A DNA stretch of 64,000 nucleotides from Pseudomonadota bacterium (GCA_043797085.1 JAZDQA010000001.1:64001-128000), one strand, 5' to 3'; positions 1 to 11,148 are shown, counted from the stretch's first letter. Numbers and translations: made by a program. The notes: generated by a model not told the origin, from the sequence alone.

Positions 1-36
1 TTAGAGGGAGTTACAAGTAAACAATTTCTCTCTTAA

Positions 37-189
37 AGACTCTCTGAATTTTTCGATGAAGATTCACTAAGTGCAAAAACTGCACATACTGCCAAAGATG
101 GAAAAAACTATCAAACAAAATTTTATAATCTCGATGTGATTTTCGATAGAGAAATCAAAAAACTTTTAAAAAATACACAAGGAAATTAA
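37..189 (+). pseudogene. RhuM-family gene remnant, no start codon, apparently internally deleted
   Basis: Frame +1 after stop at 34-36 reads [60 protein letters not shown] resembles the RhuM N-terminal motif and FDREIKKLL the RhuM C-terminus (from recall). Confidence 0.6.
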
Positions 190-190
190 T

Positions 191-1036
191 ATGTCTAAAT
201 ACGTAGGAGCTCATGTCTCAGCCTCAGGCGGAGTCTTTAATGCCCCCCTTAATGCAATGAAAATAGGGGCGAAAGCATTTGCTCTTTTTACTAAAAACCA
301 AAAACAGTGGGCGGCAAAACCGCTTGAGGATGAGACGATTGGATTGTTTAAAGACAATCTCGCCAAAAGCGGCATCCTTCCAAAACACATTCTCCCGCAC
401 GATTCGTATTTGATCAATCTCGGTCATCCCGAAGAGGATAAACGGCAAAAATCACTCGAAGCGTTTATCGATGAGTTGCAACGCTGTTCACAGTTGGGGC
501 TTGATCGGTTGAATTTTCATCCGGGAAGTCATCTCAAACAAATCAGCGAAGAAGAGTGTATCGACCGCATCGCCATGAGTATGAATGAAGCGATTAAAAC
601 GGTTGATGGTGTCAATCTCACCATTGAAAATACTGCAGGGCAGGGGTCTAATCTCGGATGGAGATTTGAACATATTGCCGCAATTATCGAGCGTATTGAA
701 GATAAATCACGTGTTGGAGTATGCATCGATACGTGCCATATGTTCACCGCAGGATATGATATTCGTACTCGTGAGGCATATGATGCAACTTGGAAAGAAT
801 TTGATACAATCATAGGGTTTAAGTATCTCAAAGGGATGCATATTAATGATTCGAAACCTGATTTAGGCTCTCATGTTGACCGACATGACTCGCTTGGTAA
901 GGGAAAAATTGGATTGGATGCGTTTCGTTTTCTCATGAACGATCCTCGAATGGATGATATTCCACTCGTTTTAGAGACGATTGATGAGACGATTTGGGCA
1001 CAAGAGATAGCACTTTTATATTCAATGCAGGAGTAA
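191..1036 (+). CDS. nfo: Endonuclease IV (AP endonuclease)
   Basis: [39 protein letters not shown] motifs; 281 aa. Confidence 0.97.
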   Translation: MSKYVGAHVSASGGVFNAPLNAMKIGAKAFALFTKNQKQWAAKPLEDETIGLFKDNLAKSGILPKHILPHDSYLINLGHPEEDKRQKSLEAFIDELQRCSQLGLDRLNFHPGSHLKQISEEECIDRIAMSMNEAIKTVDGVNLTIENTAGQGSNLGWRFEHIAAIIERIEDKSRVGVCIDTCHMFTAGYDIRTREAYDATWKEFDTIIGFKYLKGMHINDSKPDLGSHVDRHDSLGKGKIGLDAFRFLMNDPRMDDIPLVLETIDETIWAQEIALLYSMQE

Positions 1037-1039
1037 AGT

Positions 1040-2245
1040 ATGAAAATCATCGTAATTTCAGCAGTTGCAGCAGCGACACTTATGGCAGGGGGATATGCAA
1101 TCCCTGAGAGCTCGATCAATGCAACAGCACTGAGTGCGGCGTATGTTGCTAATGCGCACGGAGCGGATGCCACGTATTATAATCCTGCGGCGATGGTCTA
1201 TAACGACGATGCCAATTTACTCGAAGTGGATATGACTTATATTGGACTTTCGAAAATTCATTACGCATCAACGAGTGGAGCAACAAATATCGATTCTGAA
1301 TCTGAAAAGTTTTTAGTTCCAAGTATCCATTATACGTCTAAAAAGTTAGGGGATAATGGAGCTCGTGTCGGGTTAAGTATTGTTGTTCCGGCTGGATTGT
1401 CGAAGCGATGGAAAAGTGCTCCGGCAGTTTATAGTGCTGAAGAGTTTACACTGGAAACGGTAGAGTTTAATCCTTCTGTGGCAATACCGCTTAGCGATAC
1501 CGTGAGTATGGGTGTTGGTTTTCGAGTAATTTCTAGTAGTGGAGTTGTTAAAAGTACGGCGCCTAACCCTGCATCAAGAGATTTGACGGGCGACTCGCTC
1601 GATTACGGGTATAACTTGGCACTAAATTATCGACCTATTAGTAATCTTTCATTAGCGGCAACGTATCGTTCAAAAATTAATTTAAATGTGGAGGGAAGTG
1701 CAAATCTGCGCTATTTAACTACTCCACCATACAGCGGTCCAGCCAGCGTAACGATTCCGCTTCCGGCAGCATTGAATCTTGCAGTTGCCTATACCTTTGA
1801 TACGGGAACTACGGTTGAGGCTGTTTATCAGAGAACCTATTGGTCGGCATACAAAAATTTAGATTTTGATTACAGTGGAACACCGAATACAGCAACGGTT
1901 GTCTTTGGTACACCAGTTTCAAAAAATTATGATAATACTAATACCTACCGTCTTGGACTTACCCAAAAATACGATAAATGGACAGCGATGGCAGGGGTCG
2001 CATACGATGAGACGCCAGTACCGGAATCAACATTAGGCTATGAACTACCCGATTCGGATGCATGGATTGTTTCGTTGGGTGGACGCTACCAGCTTGATTC
2101 GCATTGGAATATTGGCTTGGCGGGTTTGGTGGATATGAAAGAGTCGCGTGAAGTACATCAGGCTAGTGGTAGTAACCCAGTTAACGGCGAATTCTCCAAT
2201 GCCCGAGCCTATCTCGTTACTGCAGGAATCGAGTATCGCTTTTGA
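1040..2245 (+). CDS. FadL/OmpP1-family outer-membrane long-chain fatty acid transporter
   Basis: Signal peptide, YYNPAAM motif, beta-barrel pattern, C-terminal EYRF; adjacent to acyl-CoA ligase. Confidence 0.88.
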   Translation: MKIIVISAVAAATLMAGGYAIPESSINATALSAAYVANAHGADATYYNPAAMVYNDDANLLEVDMTYIGLSKIHYASTSGATNIDSESEKFLVPSIHYTSKKLGDNGARVGLSIVVPAGLSKRWKSAPAVYSAEEFTLETVEFNPSVAIPLSDTVSMGVGFRVISSSGVVKSTAPNPASRDLTGDSLDYGYNLALNYRPISNLSLAATYRSKINLNVEGSANLRYLTTPPYSGPASVTIPLPAALNLAVAYTFDTGTTVEAVYQRTYWSAYKNLDFDYSGTPNTATVVFGTPVSKNYDNTNTYRLGLTQKYDKWTAMAGVAYDETPVPESTLGYELPDSDAWIVSLGGRYQLDSHWNIGLAGLVDMKESREVHQASGSNPVNGEFSNARAYLVTAGIEYRF

Positions 2246-3783
2246 TTCAGTACCCGTTTGAAAATTTCTATGAGATGCTCAAATCGGTCACTCAGACGAA
2301 TGCGAGTAAAAAAGCAATTTTTATTGCTAATGAGAGCTATAGTTACAGCCAATTACTCAATAAAGTAGATGATCTTGCGCAATCGCTTCGTGCTTTGAGC
2401 GTAGGGCGTGGAGATCGCATTGCGTTGATTTGTCCTAACAGTATAGAGTTTGTCGTGAGTATTTTTGCTGCCAATAAAATCGGAGCTGTGGTCGTTCCCA
2501 TCAATACAATGCTTAAAAATGAAGAGTATCGCTATATTCTCCAAGACTGTTGTGCCAAAGTGTTGATTACGGGATACAAGCTAAAAGCCGAAACGCAAAG
2601 CCTGGAAAAAGATGTTCCAAGTCTCAAAGCTACCATTTGGATAGATCAGTCCCCCCTTAATGCTTCGAACCATTACGAAATGAATGCACTTCCTCAAAAT
2701 GATGAAATCCGAGAAACTGAGTCGCTTGGTATAGACGATACGGCCGTTATTTTTTACACCTCAGGGACGACGGGTAATCCCAAAGGTGCGATGATTAGCC
2801 ATCGTAATTTATTTTCCAATCTTATTGGGGCGCAAGAACGATTTGATTTGAATCACCGTGATCGTTTTATCATCTATCTTCCGATGTTTCACTCTTTTAC
2901 GTTTTCGATAATGGTGATGCTGCCATTGTTTTTGCAAGCCTCTTCCGTGATCGTCCCATCAATCTTGCCTTTTAGTAATATTCTAAAACAAACACTGCTC
3001 AAGCAAGTGACGGTATTTATGGGGGTTCCCGATATTTACAACGCATTGCTTCGAGCAAAACTTCCATGGTATTTTTTGTGGTTCAATCGTATTCGCTGTT
3101 TTATCTCCGGTGGTTCAGCGCTGAGCGAAGATACCATAAACCGTTTTCATGCTACATTTAAACGCGCCACGATGCTCGAAGGATATGGACTGAGTGAATG
3201 TTCTCCTGCGGTTGCGATTAATCCCATTGAAAAACAAAAGCTTCTTTCCGTCGGATTGCCGCTGGCAGGATATGACGTGAAGATTGTGGATGAAGAGATG
3301 CTTGAGTTGCCGTATGGTGAGGTGGGTGAACTGATTGTTCGTGGTGATTGTGTGATGAGCGGATATCTAAATGATCCGGTTGAGAGTGATAAAGCGATTC
3401 AAAATGGCTGGCTTCGCACCGGTGATATGGCAAAAGTCGATGAGGAAGGGTACATTTACATCGTTGATCGGATCAAAGATTTGATTATCTCTAAAGGGCT
3501 GAACATCTATCCGCGTCAGATCGAAGAGTGCCTTATGTTGTTGCCAAGTGTAAAGCTAGCTGCTGTTGTCGCCCAAAGTGATCCGCACAGTGGCGAAGTT
3601 CCCATAGCATTTATTGAACTGGAAGAAGGCTTCGAACACATCAGCCCCTCTCAGCTTAAATCTGAACTTAAAGAGCATCTCGCTGCATTTAAAATCCCTA
3701 AAACGATAACTGTGGTAAAATCCCTACCGAAAACCGCTACAGGCAAAGTACTCAAACGGGTACTAAAAGAAGGAAGTTATTGA
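2242..3783 (+). CDS. Long-chain fatty acid-CoA ligase (AMP-binding)
   Basis: YTSGTTGNPKG, EGYGLSE, WLRTGD, PKTATGKVLK motifs; TTG start overlapping the upstream stop. Confidence 0.9.
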   Translation: MIQYPFENFYEMLKSVTQTNASKKAIFIANESYSYSQLLNKVDDLAQSLRALSVGRGDRIALICPNSIEFVVSIFAANKIGAVVVPINTMLKNEEYRYILQDCCAKVLITGYKLKAETQSLEKDVPSLKATIWIDQSPLNASNHYEMNALPQNDEIRETESLGIDDTAVIFYTSGTTGNPKGAMISHRNLFSNLIGAQERFDLNHRDRFIIYLPMFHSFTFSIMVMLPLFLQASSVIVPSILPFSNILKQTLLKQVTVFMGVPDIYNALLRAKLPWYFLWFNRIRCFISGGSALSEDTINRFHATFKRATMLEGYGLSECSPAVAINPIEKQKLLSVGLPLAGYDVKIVDEEMLELPYGEVGELIVRGDCVMSGYLNDPVESDKAIQNGWLRTGDMAKVDEEGYIYIVDRIKDLIISKGLNIYPRQIEECLMLLPSVKLAAVVAQSDPHSGEVPIAFIELEEGFEHISPSQLKSELKEHLAAFKIPKTITVVKSLPKTATGKVLKRVLKEGSY

Positions 3784-5516
3784 AATATTTAATCGATTTT
3801 TTAGAAAATGAAACCATAGAAAATAGTCATATTTTTGCGCAGCTAAAATGTACCGTTGAAGAGGCAAAAATTTTACAGCTTTTAACTCAAAAATTTTTGC
3901 AGTCCCAAGAAGATGTTCCTGTTTTTGAATTGCTGCAAGAGATTTATGGAGCAGAAAATTATGAGTATTTGACCCATTTCGGAGAAGTGAAAACCCTTTT
4001 GGAGCTTGGATGGATTACTCACCACTCCTTTACTCCGATCAAAATCAGTGAACTCTCTGTATTGGAGCTTTTTAATACCCCTGTCGCATTGACGTCGATT
4101 TTTATGAAACTTCTCGAAGAGGGGTCGTTAGAGATGACGCTTCCTGAGATCAAGCCGTATGCCGATCATTTGGAATACTTGCAAGACCAATTTTTTCGCA
4201 TTGAGTTGTACCAAAAAATGTCGATTGTTCGCAACAGCGGGAACGATCATTCGTTGGGGATAAATCGGATTCAAAACAAGCTTGATTTGTTGGAAAAACG
4301 AATTGATGAACGGATTGCTCAAACTTCTCAAGATGTTGTACTGGATCGTTTTTTCAAGCAAAAAAAGTTAGAGCCAAAAGAACAGGTGATTTTTTTAGCA
4401 TTGTTAAAAGAAGAATACAGTGCGACTGAGGGAAATCTGCGTGAGATGAATACTCTGATCGATCTTATCAGTTTTGATGATTACGAACGGATCAAAAATC
4501 GTGCACTTCTCGAAGACGGCGCACGTCTTATTAACGATGATGTCATCGATTATGAAGAGATGCTCAACCCTTTTGGAGGGATAAGCCGTGCTTTTTACAT
4601 CGTTGATGAGGTGCTTCAAAGCATTATGCACCCGCAAAAAAAGAAAAAAGCAAGTAAGCTCAAGCTCGATATGCTCATCAAAGAGCAAGAGATTTTTGAG
4701 CTGATCGAACCGGTTACCTCTTTAGAAAATGTTATTCTCAATACCTCTACGGAAAAAACGCTCCAAAACCTCATGCGTCAACTGGATAAAGAGGTCATTG
4801 CACGTTTGCATCAGTGGGGGGTGAAAGATAAAAAAGCGGGAATCGACGCACGAATTATTTTCTACGGCCCTCCGGGGACAGGGAAAACTCTTACAGCTCA
4901 TTCACTCTCACGTTCACTAAAACGTCAAGTGCTGAGTTTTGATTGTTCGAAGATTCTCTCAATGTACATCGGGGAGTCGGAAAAAAATGTTCGTAAAATC
5001 TTCGATACCTATGCAGATTTGACCAAGCAGACGAAAACGGAACCGATTTTACTGCTCAATGAAGCCGATCAGTTTTTGGCATCACGTTCAAGCGGTGTCG
5101 GTTCATCCGCCGATCAAATGCACAATCAGATGCAAAATATCTTTTTAGAGCAAATCGAAAAATTTCAAGGGATTTTGATCGCCACGACAAACTTGCTTGA
5201 AAATATTGACAAAGCTTTCTCTCGCCGATTCAACTATAAAATTGAGTTCAAAAAACCGGATCAGGCACAGCGGTTGGATCTTTGGAAGATGATGCTTCCT
5301 AAACATGCTCCATTCGAAGAGGGTTTTAACATTGAAAAGCTTATTCATCACCCATTAACTGGGGGACAGATTAATCTGATCGTAAAAAATACCGCCTATA
5401 ATGTCGCAGCTCGTGATAATGCTGTTTTCATGCTGAGTGATTTTGAAGATGAAATCCTCAAGGAGAAGCAAGGTAGTTTTGACAGTGAAAAATCGGTAGG
5501 ATTTTTAAATCGTTAA
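3780..5516 (+). CDS. AAA+ ATPase
   Basis: Walker A GPPGTGKT, Walker B LLLNEAD, second region of homology ATTN..D.AFSRRF. Confidence 0.88.
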   Translation: MKYLIDFLENETIENSHIFAQLKCTVEEAKILQLLTQKFLQSQEDVPVFELLQEIYGAENYEYLTHFGEVKTLLELGWITHHSFTPIKISELSVLELFNTPVALTSIFMKLLEEGSLEMTLPEIKPYADHLEYLQDQFFRIELYQKMSIVRNSGNDHSLGINRIQNKLDLLEKRIDERIAQTSQDVVLDRFFKQKKLEPKEQVIFLALLKEEYSATEGNLREMNTLIDLISFDDYERIKNRALLEDGARLINDDVIDYEEMLNPFGGISRAFYIVDEVLQSIMHPQKKKKASKLKLDMLIKEQEIFELIEPVTSLENVILNTSTEKTLQNLMRQLDKEVIARLHQWGVKDKKAGIDARIIFYGPPGTGKTLTAHSLSRSLKRQVLSFDCSKILSMYIGESEKNVRKIFDTYADLTKQTKTEPILLLNEADQFLASRSSGVGSSADQMHNQMQNIFLEQIEKFQGILIATTNLLENIDKAFSRRFNYKIEFKKPDQAQRLDLWKMMLPKHAPFEEGFNIEKLIHHPLTGGQINLIVKNTAYNVAARDNAVFMLSDFEDEILKEKQGSFDSEKSVGFLNR

Positions 5517-5547
5517 AAGAAAGGAGCATTTCCTTTCTTATTTTTTT
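5517..5547 (+). terminator. Intrinsic terminator after AAA ATPase gene
   Basis: AAGAAAGGA-gcatt-TCCTTTCTT stem followed by A and T7. Confidence 0.6.
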
Positions 5548-5624
5548 GCGCTTTTAGCTCAGATGGATAGAGCATCGGCTTCCTAAGCTGAGGGTCACAG
5601 GTTCGAGTCCTGTAAGGCGCACCA
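5548..5624 (+). tRNA. tRNA-Arg (anticodon CCT)
   Basis: 77-nt cloverleaf GCGCTTT...AAGGCGC-ACCA, anticodon loop TTCCTAA, T-loop TTCGAGT. Confidence 0.96.
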
Positions 5625-5943
5625 CCATCGTTGTTTTAAAGTTACTATTTGTAACATAATCTTTATTCTTCTCGCCCTCTACTTGATAACACCACTGACT
5701 TTTTCTTATTATCCCTTGGATATGTATCAAAACTAGTATAAAAAGCAAAAATAAATATATTTTTGTTACAAAATATAACAATTTGCTGTTGCTATAAAAC
5801 GTATGTGTTTATAAAAGTAACAGAGTCAAAATAAGTTCTTTTGTATAAGGGTTTGTTTAATTCACTTTTGGTTATAGTGCAATAATTGTTTATTTCAGGC
5901 ATGTAAAAATGCAGGTATACCATAATACAAAAAGGTCGGACTC

Positions 5944-6333
5944 ATGGAGCACTACAACGTAGCAAATCCTTATTTTGGGGTATTTGTGCTGTTTGTACTT
6001 ACGTTTGGGGCATTTTATGCGACAACGGTACTTGCACGCTTAGCCAGTCGCGCGTTAGCGGCTAAAGACACGGAAAAAATAAAACTCTCTCCGTACGAAT
6101 GCGGACCAGAGGTAAGTAAACAGCCAAACCGTATTTCAACGCAGTTTTATCTGTTTGCGTTGTTGTTTTTACTGTTTGATGTCGAAATCGTTTTTATGTT
6201 TCCGTGGGCGATTGATTTTAAATTGCTTGGCTGGTTTGGTTTTGTTGAGATGATGTTGTTTATTCTTCTCTTAACAATCGGATTTGTTTATGCGTGGAAG
6301 AAAGGAGCCCTCGAATGGCACAACATCAAGTAA
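5944..6333 (+). CDS. nuoA: NADH-quinone oxidoreductase subunit A
   Basis: [20 protein letters not shown]. Confidence 0.97.
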   Translation: MEHYNVANPYFGVFVLFVLTFGAFYATTVLARLASRALAAKDTEKIKLSPYECGPEVSKQPNRISTQFYLFALLFLLFDVEIVFMFPWAIDFKLLGWFGFVEMMLFILLLTIGFVYAWKKGALEWHNIK

Positions 6334-6824
6334 ATTATTTAAAAGACGGCGGTCTTCCCGTTGCACTGACCACAATTGATAAAGTCGTTAACTGGGGTCG
6401 CTCCAACTCGTTGTGGGCATTGACGTACGGATTGGCGTGTTGCGGTATCGAGATGATGGCTTCAGGTGCATCTCGTTATGACTTTGACCGTTTTGGTACG
6501 ATTTTTCGTGCTTCTCCGCGTCAAGCAGAGTTGATGGTAGTTGCTGGGACATTGACCAAAAAGCATGCGGAATTTATTCGCCGTTTGTACGACCAAATGA
6601 CAGAGCCAAAATGGGTTATTTCTATGGGTTCATGCGCGAATACGGGCGGAATGTTCAACACGTATGCAACCGTACAGGGTGTGGATCGTGTTATTCCTGT
6701 TGATTTGTATCTTCCGGGGTGTGCACCGCGTCCTGAGACGTTGCAATACGGCGTTATGATGCTTCAACAAAAAATTCGTCGTGAGAGTGCATCTCGTGCT
6801 CAAAAGCCAAAAAGGTTGATGTAA
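6315..6824 (+). CDS. nuoB: Complex I subunit B
   Basis: [24 protein letters not shown]; start moved to ATG 6315 after GGAG. Confidence 0.97.
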   Translation: MAQHQVNYLKDGGLPVALTTIDKVVNWGRSNSLWALTYGLACCGIEMMASGASRYDFDRFGTIFRASPRQAELMVVAGTLTKKHAEFIRRLYDQMTEPKWVISMGSCANTGGMFNTYATVQGVDRVIPVDLYLPGCAPRPETLQYGVMMLQQKIRRESASRAQKPKRLM

Positions 6825-7630
6825 TGAGAGCGTATACTCCAAAAGACAACGTACAAAAGAAACCGTATTACACGGATCGTTATTGGGTCGCTCCACAAGT
6901 TGCGAAACATGACGTGAGCAGTGATGACGTATTTAGTGCAGATCTTGATGCGATTAAAGCAAAATTCGAGGTTTTGGATGCGTATATCCAAGTTGAGCAA
7001 ATGGTGGTCATCATCAATGCGCACGATAATTTCGCTGTCATTGAAATGCTCAAAAATGAGCGTGAATACAATCAGCTTTCCGAAATGAGCGCGATTGATT
7101 GGCTTGCAACTGAAGGAAAATTTGAGATTTTTTATCAAATGTTGAGTATGAGTAAACGTAAACGTCTCCGTATCAAATGTAAAATCGATGAAAAAGAGTC
7201 ACTCCAAAGCGTTGAAAAACTTTTCCGCAGTGCTGACTGGTCTGAGCGTGAGATGTACGATATGTTTGGTGTGGTCGTTAATAACCATCCGTTTATGAAA
7301 CGTATTTTGATGCCTGATGATTGGGAAGGATTCCCATTGCGTAAAACTTATCCGCTTCAAGGCGATGAGTTCGCAGCATGGTACGAAGTTGATAAAATAT
7401 TCGGTAAAGAAGCACGTGAGATTATCGGACCTGAAAACCGTGATCCTGCACGTATCGACCGTTATGATACCGAGCGTTTTTCACGTTTAGGACATGAAGT
7501 GCCACGCGGTACAGATATTACCAATGGTGAGCCGGATACTCCACTTGTGTATCAAGAGCCAGAAGGTGTATTTTTAATCGAAAAATTTGATGCAGAGCAA
7601 TCCGTTGTGATCTCTGATCGCCACCGTTAA
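6824..7630 (+). CDS. nuoC: Complex I subunit C
   Basis: [29 protein letters not shown]. Confidence 0.96.
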   Translation: MRAYTPKDNVQKKPYYTDRYWVAPQVAKHDVSSDDVFSADLDAIKAKFEVLDAYIQVEQMVVIINAHDNFAVIEMLKNEREYNQLSEMSAIDWLATEGKFEIFYQMLSMSKRKRLRIKCKIDEKESLQSVEKLFRSADWSEREMYDMFGVVVNNHPFMKRILMPDDWEGFPLRKTYPLQGDEFAAWYEVDKIFGKEAREIIGPENRDPARIDRYDTERFSRLGHEVPRGTDITNGEPDTPLVYQEPEGVFLIEKFDAEQSVVISDRHR

Positions 7631-7640
7631 GGAGCTATGA

Positions 7641-8867
7641 ATGCAACAATCCAATCGCCTTAGACCCTTTTTTGAAAACATTACGTTTGATCGAGTCGAT
7701 AATGAGATGATCCTTAACTTCGGTCCTCAACATCCATCGGCACACGGACAGTTACGTCTGATGTTGCACATGCAGCAAGAACAGATTACCAAAGCGCATC
7801 CGGACATCGGATACCTTCACCGTGGTATGGAGAAGATGGCGGAGAACATGATCTACAATGAGTTCATGCCGACGACTGACCGTATGGACTATATTGCATC
7901 AAGCTCGAATAACTATGGCTTTGCTCTTGCTGTTGAACGTTTGATCGGTCTTGAAGTTCCGCGCCGTGCGAAAGTCATTCGTATGATGCTGCTTGAAACC
8001 AACCGTCTTATGTCCCACCTTTTTTGGTTGGCAACGACGGCTTTGGATATTGGAGCGATGACCGTATTTTTGTTCGCCTTCCGTGAGCGCGAATATTTGA
8101 TGGATTTGATCGAAGATTATTGTGGTGCGCGTTTGACCCATTCTGCTGTTCGTATTGGTGGGGTGCCATTGGATTTGCCGGATAATTTTATCGGTGATTT
8201 ACGCAAGTTTTTGGATAAATTACCTGAAAATATCAAAGATTACGAAGACTTACTCGATACGAATCGTATTTGGTTGATGCGTATGGAAAATGTGGGTGTT
8301 ATTTCTAAAGAGATGGCGCTTAGCTGGGGCTGTTCTGGTGTAATGTTACGTGCATCGGGCGTTGAGTGGGATATTCGTAAAGAAGAGCCGTACGAATTAT
8401 ACGATGAAGTAGAGTTTAACGTTCCTGTTTCCGACAAAGGGGACAACTATGCCCGTTATAAACTTTACATGGCAGAGATGAAAGAATCAGCAAAAATCTT
8501 GTATCAAGTCCTGGATATGTATTCGGAAACTGAGCCTGCATTAATGGCACACGCACCGCAGTATATTTCTGCACCAAAACTGGATATTATGACTCAAAAC
8601 TACTCGTTGATGCAACACTTTGTCCTCGTGACACAGGGAATGCGCCCACCGGTAGGGGAAGTTTATATTCCAACAGAATCACCAAAAGGAGAACTTGGAT
8701 ATTACATCAATAGCCAAGGTGGAGCCTATCCGTACCGTCTAAAACTTCGTGCTCCATCGTTTTGGCACACAGGTATTTTGACCGATTTGTTACCTGGGCA
8801 CTATATCCCAGACGTAGTATCCATCATCGGGACGACCAATATCGTCTTCGGTGAAGTTGACCGTTAA
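7641..8867 (+). CDS. nuoD: Complex I subunit D
   Basis: [23 protein letters not shown]-terminus. Confidence 0.98.
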   Translation: MQQSNRLRPFFENITFDRVDNEMILNFGPQHPSAHGQLRLMLHMQQEQITKAHPDIGYLHRGMEKMAENMIYNEFMPTTDRMDYIASSSNNYGFALAVERLIGLEVPRRAKVIRMMLLETNRLMSHLFWLATTALDIGAMTVFLFAFREREYLMDLIEDYCGARLTHSAVRIGGVPLDLPDNFIGDLRKFLDKLPENIKDYEDLLDTNRIWLMRMENVGVISKEMALSWGCSGVMLRASGVEWDIRKEEPYELYDEVEFNVPVSDKGDNYARYKLYMAEMKESAKILYQVLDMYSETEPALMAHAPQYISAPKLDIMTQNYSLMQHFVLVTQGMRPPVGEVYIPTESPKGELGYYINSQGGAYPYRLKLRAPSFWHTGILTDLLPGHYIPDVVSIIGTTNIVFGEVDR

Positions 8868-8878
8868 AAAGGACCTTT

Positions 8879-9109
8879 ATGAAACGTTATGACCTTCGTC
8901 ACCTCAAAGGTGCTTTTGAAAACCGTATGGTTGAAATTATGAAAGAAGAGCAAGACCCGAAAGAAGTTTTGATTTTCTTGTTTGAGATTGGTGATTTTTC
9001 ACCCATACAGCGCAGTGCTGACGTCGTTAAAGAAAGCGGATATGAGATGACAAATTCATTGAAATTTAATGAAGCGGACTGGACCATCGTGGTCAAGCGT
9101 AAGGACTAA
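8879..9109 (+). CDS. Small epsilon-type NuoE-replacement subunit (C. jejuni Cj1575c/NuoX-like)
   Basis: 76 aa directly after nuoD, MKRYDLRHL and FLFEIGDF...NSLKFN; no 2Fe-2S cysteines. Confidence 0.8.
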   Translation: MKRYDLRHLKGAFENRMVEIMKEEQDPKEVLIFLFEIGDFSPIQRSADVVKESGYEMTNSLKFNEADWTIVVKRKD

Positions 9110-9111
9110 AA

Positions 9112-11148
9112 GTGAGTAAAGTCTATTTCTCCACATGGCGCGGAGAGCAGATCAACAACATCGGTAAGCCAGAAGAAGAATGGGAAGTATCCGCGTACAA
9201 TCTGCCTGAGCAGTACAACGAGCATGCCCATTCTAAAGCGTTTATCGGTTGGGATGGTTTGGCGCTTTTTAATTCTGATGTTGATGTCGTTCGTTTGGCT
9301 ACGGAATATGCCGCGCAATATCAAGTCTATTCCGAAGCGTGTGGTCGCTGTGCACCGGGGCGATGGGGCGGACGTATTTTATACGATTTGCTTGACAAGA
9401 TTGCTCGTGGTGAAGGCGCACTGAGTGATATGGAACATCTAAAAGAAGTTTCCCGCACGATGCAAGAGACATCAAAATGTGAGATTGGCAAAACCGTTCC
9501 AACTCCATTGCTGGATTTGATGAACCATTTCGAAGCGGAATTTGTAGCATGTATCGAGAGTCAAAAGCCTTCCAAGCACTATCACATGGAAGATACCAAT
9601 TACATTGCCAAAATTACAGCGCCATGTATGGATGCATGTCCTGCGCATGTCGATATTCCGGCTTACATAGAGGGCGTTCGCGATTTACGTTTTGATGATT
9701 CTCTGATGGCAACGCGTCAAACCATGCCGCTGGCTCATACGTGTGGACGGGTTTGTCCTCATCCATGTGAAACCGAGTGCCGTCGTAGTAATCTTGACGA
9801 GCCTATTTCAATCATGGAACTTAAACGTTTAGGTGCTGATTATGAAACCGATCACGGTTTTGGATTTTTTCATCCGTATGCGCAGAAACCTTCAACGGGT
9901 AAAAAAGTTGCGATCATCGGATCAGGACCTGCTGGACTTACGGGTGCATATTACCTTGCCCTTGATGGTGTAGAGGTTGATGTATACGAAGAACTTCCGG
10001 TTCTAGGCGGTGAAGTCGCTGTTGGAGTACCTGAATACCGGATGCCTGTGGATAAATACAATCAAGACATCGAAGCAGTACGTGATTTAGGGGTGAATTT
10101 TATCACCAATACCAAAGTAACTGCAGAGATGATGCGTCAATATGAAAATGATTATGATGGTATTTTGATCGCAACAGGAACGCGTATCTCGAAAAAAGTG
10201 TATTGTGAAAATGAACGTGCTGAGATACAAGGTTATTGGGGAGCGATTGATTTTCTGGATAAAGTAAATCTCGAAGTGAAATACGGCATTATGGTCCCCC
10301 AAGCCGATCAAAAACAACACATGTTAGAGAAAGATTACGTGGATTTGACAGGTAAAACCGTTGTTTGTGTCGGTGGCGGATTTACCTCTATGGACGTTGT
10401 TCGCTGTTCGATTCGTGCCAACGCGGCAAAAGTCGTGATGATCTATCGTCGCGATGAGAGAACGATCATCAATAACACGACATATGAAGAGTATCACGAA
10501 GCGGTCGAAGAGGGTGTTGAGTTTATTTTCCACTCGGCGGTTGCTGAGATGCGCGATGAAAACAACGTTTTAAAATCGTTATTGATTGACCGTTTTGAAC
10601 TAGTTCCTGATCCAAATGGCGGTCGGGCCACCTTAGAAAAAATCGAGGGTGCATCGTTTGAAATGGCATGTGATTATCTCATCCCTGCGGTTTCTCAAAG
10701 TGCCGATTTAAAACTTATACCGCAAGAATGGGAAATTGAACGAACCTCATGGGGAACGATCAAAACCAACGGTAAAGATTACATGACCTCACGCAAAGGG
10801 ATCTTTGCCGCTGGTGACTGCGAATACGGACCGATGACGATTGTCAATGCGGTTGGTCAAGCTAAACGTGCCGCATCCGTTATGTCACGTTATGTAATCA
10901 ATGGTGAAATCACTCTTGCAGATGATGAGATTATGGAAGATCACCTCCGTAAGCTTAAAGTCTATGACAAAAAAGAGAAGATTCAGGGCTGGCTTCCGGG
11001 ACTACCTCGCCAGCACAGTGAAGTTCTCAGTGTAGAAGAACGCCGCGATAATAATCGTGAAGTAAAATATGCATTGACACAAGAAGAAGCGATGTCTGAA
11101 GCGGATCGTTGTATGCGCTGTTATTACATTGCCATGGTGGCACACTAA
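9112..11148 (+). CDS. SfrB/GltD-family Fe-S flavoprotein, NAD(P)H oxidoreductase with N-terminal NuoF-like Fe-S domain
   Basis: GTG start; CGRCAPG...C; APCMDACP and CGRVCPHPCETEC clusters; FAD GSGPAG; GGGFTSMD and IYRR; C-terminal EADRCMRC. Confidence 0.85.
   Translation: MSKVYFSTWRGEQINNIGKPEEEWEVSAYNLPEQYNEHAHSKAFIGWDGLALFNSDVDVVRLATEYAAQYQVYSEACGRCAPGRWGGRILYDLLDKIARGEGALSDMEHLKEVSRTMQETSKCEIGKTVPTPLLDLMNHFEAEFVACIESQKPSKHYHMEDTNYIAKITAPCMDACPAHVDIPAYIEGVRDLRFDDSLMATRQTMPLAHTCGRVCPHPCETECRRSNLDEPISIMELKRLGADYETDHGFGFFHPYAQKPSTGKKVAIIGSGPAGLTGAYYLALDGVEVDVYEELPVLGGEVAVGVPEYRMPVDKYNQDIEAVRDLGVNFITNTKVTAEMMRQYENDYDGILIATGTRISKKVYCENERAEIQGYWGAIDFLDKVNLEVKYGIMVPQADQKQHMLEKDYVDLTGKTVVCVGGGFTSMDVVRCSIRANAAKVVMIYRRDERTIINNTTYEEYHEAVEEGVEFIFHSAVAEMRDENNVLKSLLIDRFELVPDPNGGRATLEKIEGASFEMACDYLIPAVSQSADLKLIPQEWEIERTSWGTIKTNGKDYMTSRKGIFAAGDCEYGPMTIVNAVGQAKRAASVMSRYVINGEITLADDEIMEDHLRKLKVYDKKEKIQGWLPGLPRQHSEVLSVEERRDNNREVKYALTQEEAMSEADRCMRCYYIAMVAH

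Noticed and set aside
5640..5880. Scattered TGTAAC/GTTACA-like words upstream of nuoA as regulator sites
   Set aside because: Short, irregularly spaced and in AT-rich DNA; cannot be distinguished from chance by eye
5548..5943. Integrative element at tRNA-Arg(CCT), and likewise at 28713-28789
   Set aside because: No adjacent integrase and no duplicated tRNA 3' end seen; flanks are core genes
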